Shown piece by piece: positions 52,519 to 59,636 of a stretch of DNA of 64,000 nt (position 1 is its first letter; each line of letters begins with the position of its first letter). The stretch covers positions 1 to 64,000 of IMG/VR virus record IMGVR_UViG_3300012987_000001. One strand, 5' to 3'. Origin of the DNA: a virus. The notes beneath the pieces are model-generated. The model was given only the letters and a program-made list of their open reading frames with translations, was not told the origin of the DNA and searched no databases. Position numbers and translations under genes: made by a program.

Positions 52519-52895
52519 TTGGATACCGCCTCTTCTGGCCACTCGGCGGCCATGGCCTCGGCTACCTGCTCAGGGTCGATTCCGAGCTCGAGCTCGAGGT
52601 AGCCGGCCATCATGGGGCGTTCTGCGTTCGGCAGCGTGCGTATGAAGCCGATCAGCCGGTGCATCTCCTCCACGTCGATCGGGATGTCGTTGTCTTGCTC
52701 TGGGCGCTGCGGCTTCCAGTAGCCGGGGCTCTCCTTGGCAGCCGTTCGGACATCGGCCAGCGGGGCCGCGGCGGTCTCAGCTAGCCCCGCCTTTCGCAGC
52801 GCGCAGACGAAGCGCCCGAGTACGCACGATGCGCGCAGACAAGAGACGCACACCGTCACTGGATCATTGAACGGGACTTGGGCGGGGAGTTTCAC
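52515..52895 (-). CDS. Hypothetical protein (126 aa)
   Basis: Track ORF. Confidence 0.6.
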   Translation of the reverse strand: MKLPAQVPFNDPVTVCVSCLRASCVLGRFVCALRKAGLAETAAAPLADVRTAAKESPGYWKPQRPEQDNDIPIDVEEMHRLIGFIRTLPNAERPMMAGYLELELGIDPEQVAEAMAAEWPEEAVSK

Positions 52896-53509
52896 GCTCC
52901 ACCTCCCACCCCAGCCACGAACCCGGTGGGGTGGCCGCGCAGTCCGTCCGAAGCTGCTTCACTGAGCGCGATGGCGAAAGCTTCAGCTTCTGGATCGGGG
53001 AAGTTGAGAGCGGCGAAGGGTCCGAAGACTTCCAGCGCCTTGTGGTCGTAGGCGCGCGCGGCCTCTACCGGATCGGTGAAGACTCCAAGGTAGAGCTGGC
53101 GCCGCTTCCCGTTGGCTTTGATCTCGCCGCCGCAGATCGAGGCCTGCCATTTGGCGGCCGCTTTGTTCCACGTAACCCCCTTGTAGCCGCCGAGCTTCTG
53201 GCGCTTGGAGCTGGTGACGTTGGTCGCGTTCTCGCGGTGGGTGGCGAAGCGGAGATTGCTCCGACGGTTGTCGAGCCCGTCACCGTTCTCGCGGTCGACC
53301 CATTGGCTCGATTCCACGCCAAGAATGAAGTGGTGCAGCGCCTGCTTCGAGCGTCGCCCGGGCAGATCGCGCTGGGCGTAGCAGCGGCCCGGATCGGACG
53401 GCTTGCGCTTTACGTGCCACTTGAGCGCCAGCACGCGTTCGGCGTCGGCAGCATCGACTAGGGCGAACAGGCCGGTGCGCCCGAGGCGGACCTGGATCGG
53501 CCCGGTCAC
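52892..53509 (-). CDS. HNH_3-like plus AP2 DNA-binding domain protein (homing-endonuclease-like; first HNH His replaced by Arg)
   Basis: Track ORF with a GTGA overlap with the integrase stop. The motifs are WVDRENGDGLDNRRSNLRFATHRENATN and YKGVTWNKAAAKWQASI...YLGVFTDPVEAARAYD. Confidence 0.7.
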   Translation of the reverse strand: MTGPIQVRLGRTGLFALVDAADAERVLALKWHVKRKPSDPGRCYAQRDLPGRRSKQALHHFILGVESSQWVDRENGDGLDNRRSNLRFATHRENATNVTSSKRQKLGGYKGVTWNKAAAKWQASICGGEIKANGKRRQLYLGVFTDPVEAARAYDHKALEVFGPFAALNFPDPEAEAFAIALSEAASDGLRGHPTGFVAGVGGGA

Positions 53510-54795
53510 TTGACGCCCCCGATCCGCTGGCCTTCGATCGCGACCAGTTCGAGCACCCTGGCGCGGGCCAGCCGGTCGGTGCCCATCCGGTAGGCGAGCC
53601 GTGTGGCCTCCAAAACATTGGCCGCCTGCTCGCTGGATTCACCCGTGGAACGCTTGTGGAATTCCTCTACCGCAAGCCCCGAGAACCCTTGCAAGTTCCG
53701 AGGATTCGTAAACCGCAGGTCTCGAGTTCGAATCTCGAAGTCGGCTCTGGAGTTACGCGACTCCGTAACCTCGCCGTGGAATCCCGTGCCGGCGCCCGCT
53801 TTCTTGAGGGTCTCGGCGAGGAAGTGCGCGTAGCGCTCAGTGACTTTCACGCTCGAGTGACCGAGCATTTGGCAAACCTCGTCGAGCGACCACTTGCGGC
53901 CCCACCAGCCGGCAAGCAGTGATGTCGCGCACGTGTGGCGCAGGTCGTACCAACGAACCGGACGCTTGATGCCGGCCGCCTTGAGCCAGCGTGACCAACC
54001 GCTCGGGTGACTGTCGTGCCAGCGAGCCTCATTCGTTCGCGGGGAAGGGAAGGCGAGGAGGCATTTGCGCTTTTGGCGATCGACCGCTTCCCGGGCGGCT
54101 TCGAAGCCCACGCCGAACAGTGGGACCCGGCGGATCTTCTTGTTCTTCGTCTTGCGGAAAATGACCTCGCGCCGATCTAGGTCTACGTCGGACAGCAGCA
54201 GGCGCCACTGCTCGGAATTGCGGGCGCCGCAGCCGAGCGCGAACGCAGCCGTATGCCACTCCTCGACCGGGACCGCGTTGAGAAGCGAGAGTTGTTCGTC
54301 CGGATAGAGGATGGTCCAGGACTCTTCTTCCTGGGCTTCTTTGCGGCGACCTACCCGGACTGTGCTCGCGACGTTCTCGGTCACCAGTTCGCGGTCGAGT
54401 GCCTCGGTGAGCGAGACGCGCAGGAGCGACAACGCGTTCTTGCGCGTTTGGTGATCCAGGGCGAGGGATGTCTCGAGCCACTCCAGCCAATCTAGAACGT
54501 GGACGCGACGAAGATCGCGAAGCGGCGCAGGGCCGAGGGCGCTGCCGTCGATGTAGAGCTTCCAGCGGTTCTCATCGTTCGACCAATCGGATACTTTCAG
54601 ACGGCGGCGCGTTAGGAACGCGGTGCCGAACTCGGACAGCGAAAGCCCGCCCTTTTTGGGTAGCGGCCGCGTGAGTGCGAGCTCTGCCTCTTCTTTGGTC
54701 GGGAAGGTGCCGAGCGGCACGTACCGCTTGGTAAGCGGATCCTTTTTGCGCGCGCGCCACCGACCAGACGGAAGTTCTTCAAGTGCTCCGCTCAT
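53506..54795 (-). CDS. int: Tyrosine integrase with a ~107-aa extension after the catalytic Tyr
   Basis: Track ORF (429 aa). The N-terminal arm-type segment is GRWRARKKDP..LGTFPTKEEAE. The catalytic region is WYDLRHTCAT...LGHSSVKVTERYAHF. Confidence 0.9.
   Translation of the reverse strand: MSGALEELPSGRWRARKKDPLTKRYVPLGTFPTKEEAELALTRPLPKKGGLSLSEFGTAFLTRRRLKVSDWSNDENRWKLYIDGSALGPAPLRDLRRVHVLDWLEWLETSLALDHQTRKNALSLLRVSLTEALDRELVTENVASTVRVGRRKEAQEEESWTILYPDEQLSLLNAVPVEEWHTAAFALGCGARNSEQWRLLLSDVDLDRREVIFRKTKNKKIRRVPLFGVGFEAAREAVDRQKRKCLLAFPSPRTNEARWHDSHPSGWSRWLKAAGIKRPVRWYDLRHTCATSLLAGWWGRKWSLDEVCQMLGHSSVKVTERYAHFLAETLKKAGAGTGFHGEVTESRNSRADFEIRTRDLRFTNPRNLQGFSGLAVEEFHKRSTGESSEQAANVLEATRLAYRMGTDRLARARVLELVAIEGQRIGGVK
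53705..53746 (+). other. attP-core candidate: 3' half of a tRNA-Thr(CGU)-like sequence, antisense inside the int ORF
   Basis: TTCGTAA / ACCGC / AGGTC / TCGAG-TTCGAAT-CTCGA / AGTCGGC / T corresponds to anticodon loop, stem 3' strand, variable loop, a perfect T-arm, acceptor 3' strand and discriminator. The 5' acceptor partner is absent. Coordinates were calibrated on int codons. Confidence 0.6.
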
Positions 54796-55037
54796 TCGCC
54801 TTCGCTTTCTAAAACCGAGAGCGCCTTTCGGCAGTCAGTCAGCACCAGCCCCGCCGCGCTCGTGGGTGAGCTGGCTATTTCGCCCAGCTTCACGATCGCA
54901 TCGACCAGCGGAGCCTTGGCGGCGTGGACTCTGCGCTGGAGGTCCAAGTGATCGTCGCAGCCGCAGCGACGCGAGTCGATCAGGCGCGATGCGGCGCGGC
55001 TCGCGGGAAGTGGGGACGCGCGGTTCACTGGATCCAC
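54792..55037 (-). CDS. Hypothetical small protein upstream of int (81 aa; excisionase role not supported by motifs)
   Basis: Track ORF with an ATGA overlap with the int start. Confidence 0.5.
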   Translation of the reverse strand: MDPVNRASPLPASRAASRLIDSRRCGCDDHLDLQRRVHAAKAPLVDAIVKLGEIASSPTSAAGLVLTDCRKALSVLESEGE

Positions 55038-55291
55038 TTCCCGTCATCGAGCTTTGCAAACTCAGCATCGAGTAAAGGAGCCAGAGAGCCCGGCCTATCA
55101 CCGGTGTCCGGAGACAGGAGCACCGCCGCAAGGTGCGCGCGAGCAGCGTTTTCGCAGCCGGCGACGCCTGCCTCGATGATTATCTGGCACATTGCCGAGA
55201 TGAATGTGTTGATTACGTCGGCAGCGCTCTCGCCCAAAATGACGGCGTTCACGCGCTCCCAGATCTTCTTGTTTGGCTTGAACCCGCGCAT
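55025..55291 (-). CDS. Hypothetical protein (88 aa)
   Basis: M20 of ORF 55025..55348, with a TGATG overlap upstream. Confidence 0.5.
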   Translation of the reverse strand: MRGFKPNKKIWERVNAVILGESAADVINTFISAMCQIIIEAGVAGCENAARAHLAAVLLSPDTGDRPGSLAPLLDAEFAKLDDGKWIQ

Positions 55292-55617
55292 CAGGTGCCG
55301 ACCTTTTTGCCATCGAGCTGCAACTCGCCCGGACTTTCGGGAACCCAAGTGAATTCGCCGTCAGCTCCGACGGGGAAGTGTCCGCGGCAGGCAACGCAAA
55401 ACGTGCCCGAGTAGAAGAAGGGATTCGCGGCGTAGGTCTCAGCAAGCGCCTGACCCATTGTGGTGACGGTGCCGCACTTGTCGTGGCGGTACGCGCGACA
55501 CACGGGCCGCACGAAACCCTTCGCGCGCTCTTCATCCGAAAGCACGAGGTAGTTCTTCTGCATGCCATCGGCGCCGATGGTTGTGTCGAGGTCTTTGCGA
55601 TCGCTGACTACGGACAT
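55291..55617 (-). CDS. Conserved-looking phage hypothetical protein (108 aa; CG..T...C..C motif)
   Basis: Track ORF. The pattern LSDEERAKGFVRP..RAYRHDKCGTVTTM...ETYAANPFFYSGTFCVAC is recalled from other phages. Confidence 0.6.
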   Translation of the reverse strand: MSVVSDRKDLDTTIGADGMQKNYLVLSDEERAKGFVRPVCRAYRHDKCGTVTTMGQALAETYAANPFFYSGTFCVACRGHFPVGADGEFTWVPESPGELQLDGKKVGT

Positions 55618-56205
55618 TTAGAGAGCCCTCCGAACCCGCGCCAGCAGTTGCATCCGCATCTCTTCCCCGCTGTACGGCGCCATACAGCCCCGACCCGAAA
55701 GCACCCTGAACATCCCGACCTCAGGCTGCACCCCGCGAAACTTGCGGCACTCAGCCAACGCGCCGAGCTGCATCGCACGCGCGGCTCGAGCTTGCGTCAG
55801 CAGGTCGTCGGAGCCCCACACGTCTGCGTTGTGCAGCGACTTGTGCTGCTGCCAGGTGCCCCAAGCCCGATGAACGCGAACACCGTCGCGGTTCACGTAG
55901 GCGTCGCCCTGGTGCGGCAAGTACTCGGAGCGGGCGACGGCGGAGGAAAGCCCCGACTCCGCGATCGCCATCGTCACCAGCCGAGCGACACACTCGCGGT
56001 CGTGCTTGCACGCGGTGTCGACGGCTTCGGCGAACTCGTTAGCGTCTACCGGATCGACCTTCTTGGAGGCGTAGCGCGGGACCAGGGCGGCGATGCGGGC
56101 GGTGAGGGGTGGGGTATCACCCCGAGCAGCAGCAGAGAACGCGAGCGCGATGGCGACGCAGCCACCGATCACGAGCCAGCCGATGGTGTTTGCCGACACC
56201 CTCAC
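55618..56205 (-). CDS. Membrane-anchored or secreted protein, possibly lytic transglycosylase-like
   Basis: Track ORF with a GTG start. The N-terminal hydrophobic segment is IGWLVIGGCVAIALAFSAAA. The AIAESGL motif is only weakly reminiscent of the SLT E-S motif. Confidence 0.45.
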   Translation of the reverse strand: MRVSANTIGWLVIGGCVAIALAFSAAARGDTPPLTARIAALVPRYASKKVDPVDANEFAEAVDTACKHDRECVARLVTMAIAESGLSSAVARSEYLPHQGDAYVNRDGVRVHRAWGTWQQHKSLHNADVWGSDDLLTQARAARAMQLGALAECRKFRGVQPEVGMFRVLSGRGCMAPYSGEEMRMQLLARVRRAL

Positions 56206-56375
56206 ACGGCACCCGCGATGCGTTCGAGCTGTCCACGCAGTTCACCGAGCTTCGCCGCAAGTGCAGTCTTTGCGATCCGCTCGGTGAGGCCCGACGCCTC
56301 GACGTCACCAAGGCGTGCAGTCCAAACGAGCGTTGGTCGATCGAATGAAGTCGACCAGGCGTTTTGAGTTTTCAT
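56202..56375 (-). CDS. Hypothetical small protein (57 aa, below the track cutoff)
   Basis: Hand translation gives MKTQNAWSTSFDRPTLVWTARLGDVEASGLTERIAKTALAAKLGELRGQLERIAGAV. It has an ATGA overlap upstream and a GTGA overlap downstream. Confidence 0.5.
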   Translation of the reverse strand: MKTQNAWSTSFDRPTLVWTARLGDVEASGLTERIAKTALAAKLGELRGQLERIAGAV

Positions 56376-56785
56376 TTCTTCGCATCCCTTTCAGCCAACG
56401 CATCGACGAACGACGCGAGAAACGCAGCGGCCGCATCGGGCCCTTTCGTGCGAACGATCTCCCGCAGCATCGACACCCAATCGCGCAGCGGGCCGAGATC
56501 GACTTGTCCCCGTTCGCGACGCCCGAGCGTGATCGGATGCGTATCAACGAGGGACGCCGTGCGCTCCTGCGTGATGTCGAGCTCATTGCGTGACTGGCGC
56601 AGCAAAGTCGTTGCGATGCGGTGACAAGAATCCGGGGCATCGGAATCAAGCGCGGGCGCTCTGTTGCGAATCACCCCCGTGGGTAGACTCTTCCCATGGT
56701 CACGAGAAAGATATTTCGGGCGCTCGTGTTGAAGCGGCGACGGAGAAGAAGAGGCGACTAGCGAAGGGGGGCTCGAGGACTTCAT
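56372..56785 (-). CDS. XRE-family HTH transcriptional regulator
   Basis: Track ORF. The HTH segment is RQSRNELDITQERTASLVDTHPITLGRRERGQ. The start is uncertain. Confidence 0.6.
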   Translation of the reverse strand: MKSSSPPSLVASSSPSPLQHERPKYLSRDHGKSLPTGVIRNRAPALDSDAPDSCHRIATTLLRQSRNELDITQERTASLVDTHPITLGRRERGQVDLGPLRDWVSMLREIVRTKGPDAAAAFLASFVDALAERDAKK

Positions 56786-56812
56786 GAAAACCAGAAGAGT
56801 GAGAGAAACCGA

Positions 56813-57040
56813 CTACGCCTGAAGATTTGAACGCACCGCTGGTCGCACTCGAATGCGCCAAGCGGGCTGCGAGAGCGCGATCCCAGCGGCGACACGCGCC
56901 CTGTATTCGCTGATCGCCATCACCTGAACCTCGACGCTCGGCCGCGCGACGTCGTACGCAACCCAGGCCTGCTCTTGGTAAGCCAAGTGCTGCTCGTGGA
57001 GCTGCGGCGAGCCGATGCGGGACGGGCGGAGGGTGGGCAT
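56813..57040 (-). CDS. Hypothetical small protein (75 aa)
   Basis: M20 of ORF 56813..57097, with a TAATG overlap upstream. Confidence 0.5.
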   Translation of the reverse strand: MPTLRPSRIGSPQLHEQHLAYQEQAWVAYDVARPSVEVQVMAISEYRARVAAGIALSQPAWRIRVRPAVRSNLQA

Positions 57041-57573
57041 TACGCGGCGCCTCGCAGAGGAGCGCCAGTTGCACGCTCTTCGCCTGTCACCAACCACTCA
57101 ACGGAGCACTCCAGCGCCCTGGCGATCATCACCGCGGTTTCGGCGGATACGTGCGGCCGATTGCCGGTTTCGAGCCTACACAATTGACCCTGCGACAGGC
57201 CAATGCGGCGGCTAACATCCAACTGGCTCAGGCCGAGCGCGGTGCGGCGATCGAGACACCGCTTTCCGATTCCAGGAAAGCGAGGCTGTCGAGGCTTAGA
57301 GCGACGGGTGTCGACGCTAACGCTACCATTCAGCAATCCCGGAGACAGCCGCTTGACCCATTCCTGCTCCAACACTGCGCATTCGGTTTGGTCTTCTGTT
57401 TGCGCCAAAATGCGCAAGGTCACTCGGCCCGACATTCCGGCAATCCACGCGCGGACCGGTGCGGCTGCGGACGCCGATCGATGGCTATCCAGACGACGCG
57501 CAGGATTCGTGCTCTTCCCTACGTAACGTATCGGGCCGTCGTCCTCAGCGAGACCGTAGACGTAGTGAGTCAC
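57040..57573 (-). CDS. GIY-YIG-like N-terminal domain fused to a C-terminal XRE-type HTH
   Basis: Track ORF with a GTG start. The N-terminal motifs are HYVYGL..DGPIRYVGKSTNPARRLDSH...EQEWV...LLN. The C-terminal HTH is RTALGLSQLDVSRRIGLSQGQLCRLETG. Confidence 0.65.
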   Translation of the reverse strand: MTHYVYGLAEDDGPIRYVGKSTNPARRLDSHRSASAAAPVRAWIAGMSGRVTLRILAQTEDQTECAVLEQEWVKRLSPGLLNGSVSVDTRRSKPRQPRFPGIGKRCLDRRTALGLSQLDVSRRIGLSQGQLCRLETGNRPHVSAETAVMIARALECSVEWLVTGEERATGAPLRGAA

Positions 57574-57815
57574 GCCGCCTCCGGATCCGGCGCAGAAGCC
57601 GGTTCGGCCAGTGGCTCCTCATCCCACCAAGCCGAAGCGATCCCGACCTTGGCCAGCGCGTTAGCTGTCTTTCGGCCCGGGGAGCGCTTCAGGTTGACCA
57701 ACAGGCTGAGCACCGCCTGTGGGACGCCTGTCTCAGCCGCGAGCTCTTGCTGCGTCTTCTTCGACAGCACTTCCGACAGGGCTTGCGAGCCTCGTGTCTT
57801 TCGTACGGGTTGCAC
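57570..57815 (-). CDS. Cro-like HTH protein, first gene of the leftward block
   Basis: Track ORF. The HTH-like segment is KKTQQELAAETGVPQAVLSLLVN. The GTG start lies 8 nt after a TATAGT hexamer. Confidence 0.6.
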   Translation of the reverse strand: MQPVRKTRGSQALSEVLSKKTQQELAAETGVPQAVLSLLVNLKRSPGRKTANALAKVGIASAWWDEEPLAEPASAPDPEAA

Positions 57816-57858
57816 CCGGCCAAACTATAACGATTCGAATATATTGCAAGGATAATAA
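57816..57858. promoter_or_regulatory. Divergent AT-rich control region between the Cro-like and repressor-like genes
   Basis: A 43-nt gap that is much more AT-rich than its surroundings. It contains ATTCGAAT, TTGCAATATATTCGA (minus strand, 57849-57835) and TATAGT (57829-57824). Confidence 0.6.
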
Positions 57859-58326
57859 ATGGGCAGCGGTAGCCTGCGCAAAGGGAACGCCACGAAATCA
57901 TTCGGGATGCCGCGCGCGAAAAAAATCAAACAGGTGCCGCTCACTACTGGCGAGGGCGTACCTCCTGAAATGCAAGAACTCGCGCAGCGAGTTGATCGGG
58001 CAATGCGCCGGCGCAAGCCGCGAAAGTGGACGCAGGACGAGCTCATGGCGAAGTCCGGGGTCTCACAGCCAACGATCAGCAATCTGCTCAACGGAGCCGA
58101 CCCCAAAGCCAGTACGGTTGCGCGCATCGCGCTGGCACTCGGCGTCTCTACCGACTGGATGCTGCTCGGCTCAGGTGACTCTATTCCCCTGCTACTACCA
58201 CCAGTCGGCGCTCCCCAGATCCGGATCGCCGAGGGGAAGGACGAGTTGCCCGAAGCCCCGGAGAAGCCACCCGAGGCGCCGTCTGAACGCCCCACCGCTG
58301 CTGGCAAATCGAAACGGCGTGGGTGA
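57859..58326 (+). CDS. XRE/CI-type HTH repressor-like protein without a peptidase domain
   Basis: Track ORF. The HTH segment is WTQDELMAKSGVSQPTISNLLNG. The C-terminal tail is Pro/Glu-rich. Confidence 0.7.
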   Translation: MGSGSLRKGNATKSFGMPRAKKIKQVPLTTGEGVPPEMQELAQRVDRAMRRRKPRKWTQDELMAKSGVSQPTISNLLNGADPKASTVARIALALGVSTDWMLLGSGDSIPLLLPPVGAPQIRIAEGKDELPEAPEKPPEAPSERPTAAGKSKRRG

Positions 58327-58466
58327 CGTAGGCGCGCGACCCGCGAGCCTCAAGAACGGCTCTCGGCTCGATGCCGCCCTCCACCACGTACACGCGGGCA
58401 ACCCAGTTCGCTCCCGCCCCAGTAACGCTCGCCACGATCATTAAGCCTCCCAGCTACGCAACGCTC

Positions 58467-58481
58467 TAGCCACCGTGGCTA
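58467..58481. promoter_or_regulatory. Perfect 15-bp palindrome TAGCCAC-C-GTGGCTA in a non-coding gap
   Basis: Hand-read. It is followed by ATTCG and the hairpin CCCCTA-CGCC-TAGGGG (58489-58504). Confidence 0.5.
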
Positions 58482-58620
58482 TTCGGAACCCCTACGCCTA
58501 GGGGCGTCGGAGGGGTAGTCCATTCGCAGGGGGCTATGACATTGATCGTCGCTCTGTCGATTTTGCGCGCGTCGTAAGCATGCGTAACCGCTACGGCTTT
58601 CGCCGCTCTGGCTCGGGTTC

Positions 58621-58680
58621 GCTAATTCGAGCGAATAATTCGTCTTGTAATATATTCGACTTCGAATAATAGTGCCTCTC
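58621..58680 (+). promoter_or_regulatory. AT-rich promoter/operator region for the rightward early operon
   Basis: Contains TTGTAATATATTCGA (58645-59), the palindromes ATTCG-AG-CGAAT (58625-36) and TATTCGA-CT-TCGAATA (58653-68), and TAATAG 8 nt before the ATG at 58681. Confidence 0.6.
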
Positions 58681-59193
58681 ATGAACAGCGCAGCCCTCCC
58701 GCCCGCCCTGCTTCCGGCGGCCGCCAACGACGCCCGCCCCTTCCGCGCCGTCTACCAAACCCACGACGGCGCCCGCTCAGCCGCCCAGCGCGCCGCCCGC
58801 GCCGAGTCCCCGGTCAACCTGTGCGAGCGGGTGATCGACCTCGGTGGCATCGAAGTCTGGGCCGCCATCGACGGTGACGCCCGGTTCATCGTCGAGCTCG
58901 ACACCATCGGCGGCGACATGATCGCCCGCCCGATCTCGCTGACCGAGGTCGCGCGACGCCAGCAAGCCCACCTGCGCAGCGAAGCCGCCGGGTACCTGGA
59001 AGAGGCGGCCCGGTGCACGGCTGAGGCGCTAAAGCGGCCCGAGACGAGCGCTGTCCGTCGCGAGCTCCTGCGGCGCGCGGTCGAGATGCGGGACTGGGCG
59101 CGGCGCACTGAGCTGAAGGTGATTCTGGGCACGGTGATCGACTGCGAGCTCACGTCGAGTGAGCGCGACTCGCGCGCGGAGGCGAGCCGATGA
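58681..59193 (+). CDS. Hypothetical protein (170 aa)
   Basis: Track ORF 58672..59193, with the ATG at 58681 preferred (alternative GTG at 58672). Confidence 0.6.
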   Translation: MNSAALPPALLPAAANDARPFRAVYQTHDGARSAAQRAARAESPVNLCERVIDLGGIEVWAAIDGDARFIVELDTIGGDMIARPISLTEVARRQQAHLRSEAAGYLEEAARCTAEALKRPETSAVRRELLRRAVEMRDWARRTELKVILGTVIDCELTSSERDSRAEASR

Positions 59194-59636
59194 AGATCGC
59201 GATTAACACCTGCTACGGCGGTTTTAGCCTCTCGCCGGAGGCAACGCTGGAGCTTTGGAAGCGCGGCGGCCCAGTCGAGGCTACGCCGATCGACGAGTAT
59301 TTCGGCGTCGACAAGGGCAAAAGCCCGGGTGAGCCGTGTGGGAAAAACGAATCACTCGCTCGGTGGCGTGAGTACCTCGCGTCGGATCGCAAGCGTTCAT
59401 CTTTTGTCACGGTGTTCTCGCCAGACGAATCACTTGCGCTGTACGCGGGCCGCTTGAGCGGCGATGCGATGCGCGCCGATCCGATCCTGGTGAAGCTCAT
59501 CGAGGAGATGGGCGACGCGGCGAACGGAGACTGTGCCGAGATCAAAATCGTCGATGTCCCGGATGGTGTCGATTGGGAGATCTCCGAATACGACGGACTC
59601 GAACACGTGGCCGAGAAACACAGGAGCTGGTCATGA
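59190..59636 (+). CDS. Conserved-looking phage hypothetical protein (NTCYGGFSLS ... IVDVPDGVDWEISEYDGLEHV)
   Basis: Track ORF with an ATGA overlap upstream. Confidence 0.65.
   Translation: MKIAINTCYGGFSLSPEATLELWKRGGPVEATPIDEYFGVDKGKSPGEPCGKNESLARWREYLASDRKRSSFVTVFSPDESLALYAGRLSGDAMRADPILVKLIEEMGDAANGDCAEIKIVDVPDGVDWEISEYDGLEHVAEKHRSWS

Noticed and set aside
53674-53746. A complete tRNA gene could be hidden inside int.
   Set aside because: A D-arm-like GAAC...GTTC stem exists at 53683-53698. However, the 5' acceptor strand does not pair with AGTCGGC, and the anticodon stem pairs at only 3 of 5 positions. It is therefore interpreted as a partial tRNA copy, as expected for attP.
58181-58727. 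Minus-strand ORFs 58181..58441 and 58479..58727 lie in the gap after the repressor-like gene.
   Set aside because: The first overlaps the 3' end of the + strand HTH gene by about 145 nt and turns into Arg/Pro-rich sequence. The second spans the AT-rich promoter region and the start of the next + gene. Neither has a plausible RBS.
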